The notes: generated by a model not told the origin, from the letters alone. Counted from the stretch's first letter, positions 8,633-18,596 are shown. The stretch is 34,138 bases of DNA from a virus (IMGVR_UViG_3300005805_000256:1-34138), one strand, 5' to 3'. Program-made: numbers and translations.

Positions 8633-10154
8633 TATTCCAGATTTCAGAGAGTATTTACGGCTTGACATTGGGTCTATTAAAAAAGATGCACAGAGTCTGT
8701 GCGATGATGCTACATCAGCAAATAAAGCCGTAAAATTAAAGGTGTTTATTGACGCCACTCATTCTGGAAGATTAACTAATCTTCGCGTATATCCTGGCAA
8801 GCACATGAAAAATGGTGCCGATTCTTTTATTAAGCCTATTGGTAAACCCGTATTAAAGCATCACAATGAAGAGGCTGACCCAATTGGCAGAGTCTTTAGC
8901 GCAGATTATATTCAGTTAGTTCATGGACCTGCTTGGGAAAAAGACTATTTAATTCCATCAGAAAAGGAAGGCTCTGGATATATCAAACTTGGCGTTGATA
9001 TAATGGATGCCGATTCTATTCAGAAAGTACTTGATGGTAGATTTAGAAATGTTTCTACAAGACAATCTATTAGTGATTTAACTTGCAGTATATGTGGCGA
9101 TAGCATGAATAGTTATGATTCAGAATGCTCCCACAGTCCAGGCCAAAAATACACTCTTGGTGATAATGCAAATGGTCAGTCAGAGTATCTTTGCTATGGT
9201 ATTACTGGACCTCTTTCGTATAAAGAGGTTTCATTAGTCAATATACCAGGCGATAGTTTTGCAGAAATCAAGTCAATGTCTCTGGAAGACAAAGACTCAA
9301 AAGTCCTTGATTTCTATGACCCGGTAAATGCTAAAGTAAAGACTTTAGTACTTACCGATGGAGAAAACGAAGTTGACCTACTTGCTGGAATTAAGAGTGT
9401 TGTTACCGCAAAAGATCGAAAAGCACTTACCGGTAAGACGATAATCGCGGTATCACCTTTATTTGATGCATCAAAACTAAAAAATGAAAAAGAGGATTCC
9501 TCAATGACAAAAGTACAAGATGAAAAGAAACATGTCACTAATGCGGCCAGCGTTAGTGATAGTAACCCTGCTCAGGCAACGTCTACAAATGATTCACAGG
9601 AAGGTGTCGTAGCCCCTAAGAGTGATTTGCAGAAACCCTCGACTGGTAGTGGTCTTAGTGAGACCGACTCTTTAGCCGTAGTTAAGAGTCTTACAACCTC
9701 ACTCCAGGCTGCTGAAGCGGACGCAAAAGATGCTAAAGCTGAATCAGCAAGACTACAGACGGCTCTTAAAGACAAAGAAGACGAAATCGAAACTTTACGT
9801 AAACAGTTAGCTACTCAGACATCTGATGTTAAAGCTGCTTATGCAACTGTTTTGATTAACTCTCAGCTTTTCTTGAAGAAATCTATTGTTGCTCCTGTTA
9901 AGGACCTTGAGTCCTATAACAAAAAATTGGCCGAGTATGCTGGGCGTTCAGTTGAGTCTCTAAAAGATTCAGTACAAGATCTTAGTGTTGAAATGCTTGA
10001 GACAAAAGATTTTAATATCATTAAAACTACTAAGGAATTAGTAGCAGATAAGAAAATCGAGTCTCCAACAGCCAACGCTAACTCTATTGAATCTAAGTCA
10101 TTAGCAGACACTGGCGTTTCAAAAGAAAAGGCCTTGGAGTCGTTTTTTAAGTAA
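8616..10154 (+). CDS. prohead maturation protease with C-terminal scaffold region (512 aa)
   Basis: HK97/herpes-type protease pattern KPVLKHH...DPIGRV...LDGRFRNVS...KEVSLVNIPGD with a CSICG...CSH insert. Followed by a low-complexity linker and a coiled-coil. Lies between portal and capsid genes. Confidence 0.88.
   Translation: MKNKFNIPDFREYLRLDIGSIKKDAQSLCDDATSANKAVKLKVFIDATHSGRLTNLRVYPGKHMKNGADSFIKPIGKPVLKHHNEEADPIGRVFSADYIQLVHGPAWEKDYLIPSEKEGSGYIKLGVDIMDADSIQKVLDGRFRNVSTRQSISDLTCSICGDSMNSYDSECSHSPGQKYTLGDNANGQSEYLCYGITGPLSYKEVSLVNIPGDSFAEIKSMSLEDKDSKVLDFYDPVNAKVKTLVLTDGENEVDLLAGIKSVVTAKDRKALTGKTIIAVSPLFDASKLKNEKEDSSMTKVQDEKKHVTNAASVSDSNPAQATSTNDSQEGVVAPKSDLQKPSTGSGLSETDSLAVVKSLTTSLQAAEADAKDAKAESARLQTALKDKEDEIETLRKQLATQTSDVKAAYATVLINSQLFLKKSIVAPVKDLESYNKKLAEYAGRSVESLKDSVQDLSVEMLETKDFNIIKTTKELVADKKIESPTANANSIESKSLADTGVSKEKALESFFK
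9504..10154 (+). CDS. probable nested in-frame scaffolding protein (216 aa)
   Basis: AGAGGA at 9491..9496 lies 7 nt before the in-frame ATG at 9504, near the protease/linker boundary. The downstream sequence is coiled-coil-like. Confidence 0.6.
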   Translation: MTKVQDEKKHVTNAASVSDSNPAQATSTNDSQEGVVAPKSDLQKPSTGSGLSETDSLAVVKSLTTSLQAAEADAKDAKAESARLQTALKDKEDEIETLRKQLATQTSDVKAAYATVLINSQLFLKKSIVAPVKDLESYNKKLAEYAGRSVESLKDSVQDLSVEMLETKDFNIIKTTKELVADKKIESPTANANSIESKSLADTGVSKEKALESFFK

Positions 10155-10182
10155 CCGAATCCTAATTTAGGAGAAATTATTC

Positions 10183-11055
10183 ATGGCTTCATATCGTATT
10201 CCGCGTGGGTATAGCGTTAATGTACCCCAATACCGTGAGCTAATGGAAGGGGTTCGTCCTGAGTCAAGTGCTACACCAATGGAAGCTTGGACTGGGTTGC
10301 CCCCAGTTCAGGTCGAAGAACTTCACCATGACCCAATAGTCATTATGCCCGGTACCTTTGTTGGTATTGCGACTGGTGGCTTTGCAGAAGGTAAAGTTTT
10401 CCCTGCCCACGGCAGAACTGGTGCACAAACTATAACTGGACGTTTCTCATCTACAGATGACACTTGGGGTTTATCAACCTCAGACGTAGGTTGGACAGCA
10501 ACTGGTGTAACTGCCGGTCCTGTTCTTCCTCTTGGAGTTGTATACAATCCAGTATATTCATTTAATTTACAACAAGCTTTTGTTAACTACAAGCGTAATG
10601 AAAGCCTTGGCATTTTAACTGATTATCTAATTCAAATACCTGCTATTACCACTGACGAAAAAACAATTCTTCCTGGTCAAATGGTAATGATTAGCGATAC
10701 TGCTGACGAGTATGGCAGAGCTGCTTCTCTTTCAGATAAGAATAAAGTCCTAGGCCGTTTAAAGGCTTGGGATGGTTCAGCTACCACATTAAAGTATGTT
10801 GTTGGCCGCTGCTATGGTAAAGTTGCCTTTGCCGATGGTACTGCAAGTGCTGGCACTAAGCTTAGTGCTGATACTACTAGCTGGTCATTAACTGCTGCTG
10901 GTACAGCTGAATTTAAGGGTCTAGACAAAGTACAGACGGTGCCTGGTCTTGGTCTAGCTGGTTCTGGCACTAAGGGCGTACCTGCATGGTTGCAAGATGC
11001 TACTGCTGATGGCAGTGGCATATATTATGCCCTGAACATTCTGGTCCGTCTATGA
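10183..11055 (+). CDS. probable head decoration/cement protein (290 aa)
   Basis: Strong SD (AGGAG 10169..10173); Gly/Thr/Ala-rich beta-type sequence; directly upstream of the major capsid gene. Function is inferred from synteny. Confidence 0.65.
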   Translation: MASYRIPRGYSVNVPQYRELMEGVRPESSATPMEAWTGLPPVQVEELHHDPIVIMPGTFVGIATGGFAEGKVFPAHGRTGAQTITGRFSSTDDTWGLSTSDVGWTATGVTAGPVLPLGVVYNPVYSFNLQQAFVNYKRNESLGILTDYLIQIPAITTDEKTILPGQMVMISDTADEYGRAASLSDKNKVLGRLKAWDGSATTLKYVVGRCYGKVAFADGTASAGTKLSADTTSWSLTAAGTAEFKGLDKVQTVPGLGLAGSGTKGVPAWLQDATADGSGIYYALNILVRL

Positions 11056-11069
11056 GGAGCAATATACAT

Positions 11070-12440
11070 ATGCCTACTAAGACAATTTCAGAAGTTTTTG
11101 ATGGTGACCAGAAAGAAGTTCTATTAAACCTCGTCAAGACAGTTGAGGACCTTGAGTCCAAAACTAAAGACGTGGAACTTGTAGACACTAAAGGTCTAAA
11201 TAAACATGTTGTCAAAGATATGAAAATTCTTTCCAAAGCAGTTGATCTTTGGAAGCGTAATGGTCATATCTCTGGCGTCCCTGGCCGTGTTGAGCTAAGC
11301 GATCTGATTAAGATTGATAAGAATCACACCAAGGAAATGAGAGACTCATTCTCTAATGATCACCCCTTACTTATCCCTCGGGTTGTAAGCGAGATCGTAA
11401 AAGAGGCTGTTGAGCCTAACATTGTCCTTACGCCAATGCTACAGCGTATTAACTATACTCATGGTAGTCAGCTAACCTTCCCTGCTGTCGGTGCAATTGC
11501 TGCAGCCGATATCCCTGAAGGTGGCGAGTATCCTGAAAGAAGCCTTGACTTTGCAGGTCAGGTCGTTGCCACAATCGGCAAGAGCGGTGTTGCGGTTAAG
11601 TTCTCGGAAGAGATGATCCGCTATTCACTCTATGACGTGATGTCAATGCACCTTAGAGCTGCTGGTCAAGCACTAGTTCGCTGGAAGGAGCAAAAAATTG
11701 CCAATATGATAATTTCCAATGCAGGTGGTTCAAACACCCTGTTTGATAACACCAGCACAGGTTATCCCAGCACAACTGGTCGTAATGCGGGTGGCGCCTA
11801 CAATGGTACATTGACTGCACAGGATATCTTCAAGGCCTATGCAACAATGATCAACAGAGGCTTTACTCCTAACACGCTAATTATGAACCCCTTTGCCTGG
11901 CAGATCTTCGCTAATGATGGTCTAAGCAGATTATTTGGGTTCCAGAATGGCGCTTCAATGTGGAATGCTCTCCAGGGTCAGCCTGGTAGTGCTCCTCAGT
12001 GGGCCAATGGCGGCATGAACGGCTTGCTACAGAATACTACTGTGAGCAATCCTGAGAACCTTGCAACTACGTTTGTAAACGTTCCTTCTGTCTTCCCATA
12101 TGCCTTCCGCATTGTAGTAACTCCCTACATGGCATACGATGCCACTAATAATACCACAGACATGATTCTGTGTGATTCAAGTGAGCTTGGTGTGCTAGTT
12201 GTTGACGAGGAAGTTACCACTGAGCAGTGGAATGATCCAAGCAAGGATATCATGAAGGTAAAACTCCGTGAGCGTTATGGCCTAGGTTCCGTTAACAACG
12301 GCCAAGGCACTGGCCTCATCAAGGGTGTATCGCTTGATCCGAGCTTCGATTTCACCACAAACCACTCTGTCAGCTTCTCCACTGGAGATTTCCCTGACCC
12401 CTTGAGCGGTGATCCAACTCTTACTGCTATAGTTCCCTGA
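11070..12440 (+). CDS. major capsid protein, HK97 fold (456 aa)
   Basis: SD GAGGAG at 11054..11059 favours ATG 11070 over 11052. HK97-type segments LLIPRVVSEIVKEAVEP, IPEGGEYPE, KSGVAVKFSEEMI, PNTLIMNP and KLRERYG. High-expression codon bias; followed by a terminator. Confidence 0.95.
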   Translation: MPTKTISEVFDGDQKEVLLNLVKTVEDLESKTKDVELVDTKGLNKHVVKDMKILSKAVDLWKRNGHISGVPGRVELSDLIKIDKNHTKEMRDSFSNDHPLLIPRVVSEIVKEAVEPNIVLTPMLQRINYTHGSQLTFPAVGAIAAADIPEGGEYPERSLDFAGQVVATIGKSGVAVKFSEEMIRYSLYDVMSMHLRAAGQALVRWKEQKIANMIISNAGGSNTLFDNTSTGYPSTTGRNAGGAYNGTLTAQDIFKAYATMINRGFTPNTLIMNPFAWQIFANDGLSRLFGFQNGASMWNALQGQPGSAPQWANGGMNGLLQNTTVSNPENLATTFVNVPSVFPYAFRIVVTPYMAYDATNNTTDMILCDSSELGVLVVDEEVTTEQWNDPSKDIMKVKLRERYGLGSVNNGQGTGLIKGVSLDPSFDFTTNHSVSFSTGDFPDPLSGDPTLTAIVP

Positions 12441-12473
12441 TGGTAACTTATAGCTAGTAAGTAGCAAAATAAA

Positions 12474-12524
12474 GGAAAACCTCCTGGAACGGAAACTAAT
12501 CCAGGGGGTTTTCCCCATTTTATT
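12474..12524 (+). terminator. intrinsic terminator after the major capsid gene
   Basis: 15-bp stem GGAAAACCTCCTGGA / TCCAGGGGGTTTTCC (one G:U pair), 11-nt loop, followed by CCATTTTATT. Confidence 0.85.
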
Positions 12525-12534
12525 GAGACTCAAT

Positions 12535-13212
12535 ATGCAAAAAAAATTCGGAATTATTAATAATTTTGCCGGTACCGTTGTATCTTTAAATCAAAAAAGA
12601 TCAAGATATTTAGGTATTGGTGCAATAAAAGGTCAGCATGGTCAATTTAAAGTTTGGCTTACTCCACAAAAATGGTGTGTTAAGTTGCCAAATGACTTGA
12701 CTGCTGATGAAGCACAGCAAGTACAGGATATGATAAATACTGGTATACTAGTAGAAGGAAGAGTTTATCTGCCTGTAGCAAGAAAAGATGAAGCAGTCAT
12801 AAATAATTATTTAATGCTTTTAAAGTCTAAAAGAATGCTAACTGAAGATAGTAAAGAACAATTCAGACAATTAGTTCTAAAAAAATCAGATGGCAATTGG
12901 AGTGCCTTTGAAATATTAAAGGCTTGCATTAAATTTGAAGAAGACAACTCAAGAAGAACAGACTGGCTCCGCTTTTTGAAAGATGGCCTTGATGCATATC
13001 ATGGTCCTGAATATATAGTAGAGGATTATGAAAACGATCCCGAGTCATATATTGTAACTATAGACGTTGGTTCTCAAACAGTCACTTCGAAAGAAGAAAC
13101 AAGAATTGTTGACCAAGTTAAGTCTACTAAGCCAGGAAGAAAAGCTAAAACTGGTAAACAAGAAGAAAACAAAGAAGAGATTCTTAAAAAGTTTTTAGGA
13201 GACTCTATATAA
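12535..13212 (+). CDS. hypothetical protein (225 aa), head-completion region
   Basis: ATG 12535 preferred because TTG 12523 lies in the terminator tail. Charged C-terminus; no family recognised. Confidence 0.8.
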   Translation: MQKKFGIINNFAGTVVSLNQKRSRYLGIGAIKGQHGQFKVWLTPQKWCVKLPNDLTADEAQQVQDMINTGILVEGRVYLPVARKDEAVINNYLMLLKSKRMLTEDSKEQFRQLVLKKSDGNWSAFEILKACIKFEEDNSRRTDWLRFLKDGLDAYHGPEYIVEDYENDPESYIVTIDVGSQTVTSKEETRIVDQVKSTKPGRKAKTGKQEENKEEILKKFLGDSI

Positions 13213-13213
13213 C

Positions 13214-14584
13214 ATGGGGCAACCTTCAATTCAAACCTCTAGCCCAACGGCTGGCTCTGCTGACGTATTTCTCAATATACCTCTGTATATCACTTTTGCG
13301 TCTCCTGGTTTAGTTGAAAGTTCAATAAACTTAAATAGCTGTGTACTTGTAAACATTGGTACACAAGATACGGTCCCAACAAGTCTTGATTACAATACTA
13401 CCACTAGAGTATTAAAAGTTACTCCATTAGGAGTTTTGGCTGAAGATACAGTATATGCAGTAAGATTTCCTGGAACCGATATTGCAATAGGTTCTGACTA
13501 TGTAATAAAAGAATATGGCACCTCTGAAGCTCTTACTGATACTTTAGAGGTGTCATTTATTACTGGAACTCGCGTATATATTGATGATAGCATAATTACC
13601 AAAGAAGCTACAAATTTGTCTTTAGAGGGAGATATAAATCTTCCTACACATGTTAAAGCACTTGGTCCATTTGCAATCGAAAAAACATATCCAAAAAATA
13701 ACTCATACGACATAAATGGTGCTCTTACTAACGATAAGCTTTATTTGAAATTTAATAAAGCTCTTTCAGGGTCACTTTTAACTGACGAATGGCTTACAGT
13801 TGACCTATATCCAATATTAGATTATACTGGATTTTATGCTTCAGGAAATACTCTTGTAGCAGATATTACTGGATACACAATACCAAGTATGACAGGTCTA
13901 AGTGTTTCAGGTCAATATCTGTATGCTAATTTTGATGGGCCATTACCACAAAATGCTGGCGTATCTGTTACTGTTGGAGAAGAAGTTACAGCCACAGATA
14001 GCACTGAGTTTGGCCCTAATGAGTATAAGTTAACTTTTACAACGGAACGTTTCCCAAACCTTGGTGGAGTTCATTGGCTTAAAACAGAATTAGCCGCTCT
14101 TTCCAAAGAGTTGACAAATGATTATTTAGCAGCAGTTCTTTTAAAGAATAGTATAAGATTCTATTATAGAACTATAGCTATACCAAATCCATCAATTTGG
14201 TTATCAAATAAATGGGTAATATATAGATCACTAATTGATGTGTTAGATGATCTAGATTTGAATAAAGCAATAGTTGCTGGATCTAGAAGATCACTAGGCG
14301 ACTTTAGCGTTGCATTTGATGTGGCTATTGGACAGGCTACATTAAAACAAAAAAGAGCTGAAGATGAGCTTGAGGACATAGATAAAGCTTTATTCTTAGC
14401 TAAGACTGTCCAAAGAATAGATAGATGGATTCATGTTGAAAATAGACCATTACCACGAGAGTGGTTCAATATATCTGGTAGAATATTTGAAACTAGATAT
14501 GTTTATTATCAACGAAATGCTCCTCAAGCTAACATAGATTTAAACAGAACTTCCAGAAACACTAACCCTTGGTATTTTATATGA
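13214..14584 (+). CDS. Ig-like (Big_5-type) domains fused to a probable head-tail adaptor domain (456 aa)
   Basis: Two Ig-like repeats (TSSPTAGSADV...ITF...VSFIT and KTYPKNNSYDI...LKFNK...LTFTT). These are followed by a helical region ending in RRSLGDFSVAF, as in SPP1 gp15/HK97 gp6-type adaptors. Position fits. Confidence 0.7.
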   Translation: MGQPSIQTSSPTAGSADVFLNIPLYITFASPGLVESSINLNSCVLVNIGTQDTVPTSLDYNTTTRVLKVTPLGVLAEDTVYAVRFPGTDIAIGSDYVIKEYGTSEALTDTLEVSFITGTRVYIDDSIITKEATNLSLEGDINLPTHVKALGPFAIEKTYPKNNSYDINGALTNDKLYLKFNKALSGSLLTDEWLTVDLYPILDYTGFYASGNTLVADITGYTIPSMTGLSVSGQYLYANFDGPLPQNAGVSVTVGEEVTATDSTEFGPNEYKLTFTTERFPNLGGVHWLKTELAALSKELTNDYLAAVLLKNSIRFYYRTIAIPNPSIWLSNKWVIYRSLIDVLDDLDLNKAIVAGSRRSLGDFSVAFDVAIGQATLKQKRAEDELEDIDKALFLAKTVQRIDRWIHVENRPLPREWFNISGRIFETRYVYYQRNAPQANIDLNRTSRNTNPWYFI

Positions 14585-14796
14585 CAGAACTACGCAAATC
14601 TTTTTCAGAAGAACAAATGACCAAAATAGCTAAACAAGCAATGCAAGAAATGGAAGGATCTCATGCACCTGCAGGCAGATTCACAGTACTTCCAAAAAAT
14701 CCAGTATTGCCTCCTGATATGCCACAGGCTCCTAAAAGCGCAGAACAGATTGCTGCAGAAATTGCTCTCGCTAAAGCAGCAGGCCGCGTTAGATAA
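14581..14796 (+). CDS. small hypothetical protein (71 aa)
   Basis: ATGA overlap with the upstream stop at 14581..14584; its stop abuts the next ATG. Confidence 0.7.
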   Translation: MTELRKSFSEEQMTKIAKQAMQEMEGSHAPAGRFTVLPKNPVLPPDMPQAPKSAEQIAAEIALAKAAGRVR

Positions 14797-15288
14797 ATGA
14801 ATTTAAATTATATAGACTTTAGAAAAGAATTATATCTACTCCGCGATAACATGGGGTTTCGCTGGGTGGCGCTAAGGTCTGTTGATTTAAATAAACCATG
14901 TTATGAATGCAAAGCAAAAGTCCCAGATAATTATGATCAATCTTTTAATAGATGTAAATCATGTCTTGGGATAGGATATATTTATATTGATAAATTAGTA
15001 AAGGGCTATAGATATTCTCAGCGCTCTTTTCCTGGCATAAGAGATTCTGGAGCAGTAACTATCAGTGAAAATAGATATATATTTCAACATGATGCAAATC
15101 CAAAAGCAGTAGATTGGGTTTTAGAATTAGAATTAAATGAACAGACACTTATACCAGTACAGCCATTTAAAATAACAGCAGCTTATAAAATAAAAGATGT
15201 TAGCATATTTAGAGCAGATCATGGTAGGATAGACTTTTTTGTCTGCTCAATAGAAGAGCAAAAGATTAGCTTAGGTAAGCCACAATGA
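14797..15288 (+). CDS. probable head-closure/neck protein with Zn-finger insert (163 aa)
   Basis: CYEC...CKSCLGIGY followed by a beta-rich domain (DWVLEL...YKIKDV...RADHGRIDFF). Lies between adaptor and tail terminator. Confidence 0.65.
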   Translation: MNLNYIDFRKELYLLRDNMGFRWVALRSVDLNKPCYECKAKVPDNYDQSFNRCKSCLGIGYIYIDKLVKGYRYSQRSFPGIRDSGAVTISENRYIFQHDANPKAVDWVLELELNEQTLIPVQPFKITAAYKIKDVSIFRADHGRIDFFVCSIEEQKISLGKPQ

Positions 15289-16364
15289 GCACAAAGTACG
15301 ATATATTTGGTAGACCAACTAACCTAGAATATCCAGAAGAGCTAATATCTACATACTCTATTGATTCAGATATACTGAATCAAACTCAAAGACTTACAGC
15401 AGATAGACCTGCTACCTTTGAAGAGTGTGTTCATATGATAGATATTCTTCTTAAAAAATATGAGACAACCTATAAGTCTCATAGAATAGAAAAAAATCTA
15501 ATTTGGATGCCATACTTATTTTCTGAACCGAAAGAAGACTCTCAAATTAAAAATAAGACTACTGGTGAGATTTACACCATAGATGATATTGTAGTAAATC
15601 CCAAAAGCAAATTATGGGAAGGTCTTATTAAACTTAAGTCTATAACGCCCCCAAGCTCTCTTAAATCAGAGCGCTTAGAATTTGTTGATCCAAAGTCTTA
15701 TGTAAGATTTTCAGAAGATCCTCCAGTTAGTATAGAAACAGAAGCACAAACTAGTTCTGGCTTAATGGTTACAAAAGGTCCAATGAGACCTTCAATAATT
15801 TACACGTTGGCATTAAAAGAACCAGGTTCTTTAGGCAAACAACCGTTTGGCGAACCAAAAGATTACAAGAAAAAGGTCAGAGAAACAATCAAAGATCCTG
15901 ATTCACCGAATCACTCGATTGAGATTAGAGCTCAGACTTTTGACAACTTGGTGCAGTTTGACTGCTGCACTAACGACAATTTTTCAGCCAATAGACTGGC
16001 CCGTTGGTTTGAAAAGTTTATAAATCTCTATGAATGGGTTTTGAAGAAAAATGGTGTTCAGCAAATGCTCTTTGTTAGACGCTATAACAGCACAGATTCG
16101 CAGAAGTGGAGGCAAGACCTCGTAGTACGCACTTTGCAGTACTACTTCAGAACCGAAGAAATAGAGGCAATAAGTAGAAGAGACTTGACCAATATAAATT
16201 ACTCTGTAAATCTAAGTGATCGAATATTGGACACCTCAACACGTTATATTGCTGGACAGCTAGTTTCTGGCCAAATTAGCGAGCAGGAATATAATGATCT
16301 GTTTAGGGATTCAAGTGGACAATACTTGTTTGGTAATATTTACTATAACGATGGCAATCTTTAA
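15285..16364 (+). CDS. probable tail terminator/tail completion protein (359 aa)
   Basis: C-terminal FDNLVQFDCCT...ANRLARWFEKFI...RTLQYYFRTE has the alpha/beta pattern of tail terminators. Immediately precedes the sheath gene. Confidence 0.6.
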   Translation: MSTKYDIFGRPTNLEYPEELISTYSIDSDILNQTQRLTADRPATFEECVHMIDILLKKYETTYKSHRIEKNLIWMPYLFSEPKEDSQIKNKTTGEIYTIDDIVVNPKSKLWEGLIKLKSITPPSSLKSERLEFVDPKSYVRFSEDPPVSIETEAQTSSGLMVTKGPMRPSIIYTLALKEPGSLGKQPFGEPKDYKKKVRETIKDPDSPNHSIEIRAQTFDNLVQFDCCTNDNFSANRLARWFEKFINLYEWVLKKNGVQQMLFVRRYNSTDSQKWRQDLVVRTLQYYFRTEEIEAISRRDLTNINYSVNLSDRILDTSTRYIAGQLVSGQISEQEYNDLFRDSSGQYLFGNIYYNDGNL

Positions 16365-16382
16365 ACTTTTTAGGAGATACTT

Positions 16383-17936
16383 ATGGGTTATCCGAATCTT
16401 CCAGGCGTAACAGTTAATCTGAACGACCTGGGTCTACAGATTGCACCTCCACCTGCTGGTCCCAAGATTACTTTTCTAGGAATTACCTCTAATACTGGAA
16501 TTCCATTACGCGAGGCCTTTACAGTAACTAACGTAGGCCAAGCCGTAGCGGCATTATGGGTAAGTGGTTCTTCTGGTGAAAAGTATCCTGGAGAATTGGC
16601 ATTAGCAGTTGAAGAAGCTGCTAATGTTGGTGCAACTAATATTGAAATTGTAGCAATCGCACATGTTACTGGCGACGAAATGACATCTTACTGGCTTCCT
16701 ACCGGAGCAGGTCCTGGATTACGATATTCAGCACTTGCAACTGCATATGAAGCTATCAAAGACCGTCCATTAAATGTTGTTGTTCCAGTTAATGCATGGG
16801 CTGACTGTCCTGTTAACTCAGGATATTTCACTGAGCAGTTAGCACAATTCTGCTATTCTGCTACAAGAGATGTTGATAATGCTTGCATTGGAGTAATCCC
16901 TTTAATGCCAGTTATGCACTGGGCTATGGCTTATGCTTTGTCTAGTTCTGCAAACGCAATTGGTTTAACTGGTAATGCAACTCTTGGCACTGAAGTCCAA
17001 GCAATTACTGGTGGCGGACTAGAAACACTTTATTTTGGAACTCCTTCTCAGTCATTGATTACTCAATGGGAGAAAGAGACTACAAGAGTTGGTGCTTCAT
17101 ATAATCTTAGCCCAAACTCCGCTTCAAATGCTTGGAGCGGCTATCTAGCTGGTTCCGAAGACACTACTCTTGGATTCGTCAATTATCTTGACAATGACAA
17201 TGATGCTACTGCTGTTAAGAGTGCCTATTGGACATTCTTCCAAGGTGAAGACCTTGCTGGGAATCCAGTAGTAGATCAACGTGGAAATCCTGCCGATGCT
17301 GGTTCAAGAATTAGCGTTGTTGGAGCTCCATTAGTTACATCATTAGTTAGCACTGCAAAATTAGCAGCTGCATTTGGTGGTGCCGCAAGTGCTACCCAGC
17401 AGACTACTGATGGTTCGGCATCATATGGTGCCAAAATTGTTACTTTGTTACCACACTCTGCGCCAACTAATAAGCGTATTCCTAACGTTACCTCTCAGCG
17501 TAAGCTGTCTGGTGCTCAGGTAAACCGTCTTGCTGGTCGCCGCATTGTGTCGTTCTTAGACCGTGCAACTGGTTTCGTTGTAGCATCAGCAATGACTGGT
17601 GGTCACAATGTTAGCCAGTATATCAGAACTGACTATAACCGCCTTACAACTGTAAGAATTGTTGACGCTACCATCAATGTTATTAGAAACATTGGCGAGC
17701 GTTTCATCGGTGAGCCAAATACAGCTGCTGCTCGTAACGCACTCTCTGGTGAAATTGACAAAGCTTTACGTGGGATGAAGGCATCTCGTGCTATTACTGG
17801 CTATCGGTTCAGCATTACTGCAAGCCCAAATCAGCAAGTACTAGGCGAGGCTCAGGTTGACTTGACTCTTGTTCCAGCCTTTGAAATGACCAAGATTACA
17901 GTCAACGTGTCGCTAACCAAACAATTAACAGGCTGA
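16383..17936 (+). CDS. contractile tail sheath protein (517 aa)
   Basis: N-terminal YPNLPGVTV and C-terminal sheath domain LTTVRIVD...FIGEPN...VDLTLVPAFEMTKITVNVSL. SD AGGAG at 16372..16376. Confidence 0.95.
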   Translation: MGYPNLPGVTVNLNDLGLQIAPPPAGPKITFLGITSNTGIPLREAFTVTNVGQAVAALWVSGSSGEKYPGELALAVEEAANVGATNIEIVAIAHVTGDEMTSYWLPTGAGPGLRYSALATAYEAIKDRPLNVVVPVNAWADCPVNSGYFTEQLAQFCYSATRDVDNACIGVIPLMPVMHWAMAYALSSSANAIGLTGNATLGTEVQAITGGGLETLYFGTPSQSLITQWEKETTRVGASYNLSPNSASNAWSGYLAGSEDTTLGFVNYLDNDNDATAVKSAYWTFFQGEDLAGNPVVDQRGNPADAGSRISVVGAPLVTSLVSTAKLAAAFGGAASATQQTTDGSASYGAKIVTLLPHSAPTNKRIPNVTSQRKLSGAQVNRLAGRRIVSFLDRATGFVVASAMTGGHNVSQYIRTDYNRLTTVRIVDATINVIRNIGERFIGEPNTAAARNALSGEIDKALRGMKASRAITGYRFSITASPNQQVLGEAQVDLTLVPAFEMTKITVNVSLTKQLTG

Positions 17937-17948
17937 GGATAATTAGCT

Positions 17949-18596
17949 ATGGCAAACGTTCAGTCTTTTAGCAGAACATATAATTCCTTCTCTGGAATTG
18001 ATATGTTAGTTACCTTTGGTGGTAATTTAATTGGTGAGGTACAAGGCCTTTCCTATACTATCCAAAGAGAAAAGGCTCCTATCTACACAATGGGTAGCGC
18101 AGACCCCAGATCTTTCTCACGCGGTAAGCGTGGTATTGCTGGCTCTGTAATATTTATTGTGTTTGACAGATCAGCTCTTTTAGAGGTTTTCAGAGATGTT
18201 AAGTACGCAGCCTGGGTTACCGAGCCTTCGGTCTCCTTGTCTGATATTACAGCTCCTGAATTAACAGTACCAGATGGTCTTAGTGGTCGTATTGGTACCG
18301 TAGGCACTGCTGGTATTGTAGTGCTAGATAAGGTTCTTGCATCTGTAATGTACCATGATCAAGTTCTACCATTTGAAATTGTTGTCAGTGCTGCAAACGA
18401 GTACGGCAATAATATGACAATGAAGATCCACGGTGTTGAAATTATCAACTGTGGCTCTGGTATGAGCGTTGATGATATTACAACAGATGAAGCATGTACT
18501 TTCATCGCAACGGGCATTACTCCTTGGAAGGTAGGCGCAGCAATTAAAATCCCCGGATTCAATGCTGATGCTCCTGCTGACCCAGTAATAGCTTAA
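17949..18596 (+). CDS. major tail tube protein (215 aa)
   Basis: Directly after the sheath gene; SD GAGGA at 17935..17939; tube-like beta pattern (EVQGLSYTIQREKAPIYTMG...RGKRGIAGSVIF); terminator downstream. Confidence 0.88.
   Translation: MANVQSFSRTYNSFSGIDMLVTFGGNLIGEVQGLSYTIQREKAPIYTMGSADPRSFSRGKRGIAGSVIFIVFDRSALLEVFRDVKYAAWVTEPSVSLSDITAPELTVPDGLSGRIGTVGTAGIVVLDKVLASVMYHDQVLPFEIVVSAANEYGNNMTMKIHGVEIINCGSGMSVDDITTDEACTFIATGITPWKVGAAIKIPGFNADAPADPVIA

Noticed and set aside
12435-12460. Major capsid gene ends CCC-TGA, a known +1 frameshift context for capsid extensions
   Set aside because: The +1 frame adds only DGNL before TAG, read-through meets TAA after one further codon, and the -1 frame also closes within a few codons. 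No extension domain exists.
12441-12534. Possible tRNA, ncRNA or CRISPR array in intergenic DNA
   Set aside because: This largest spacer (under 100 nt) is explained by the terminator. No cloverleaf or repeat-spacer pattern was seen anywhere in the window.
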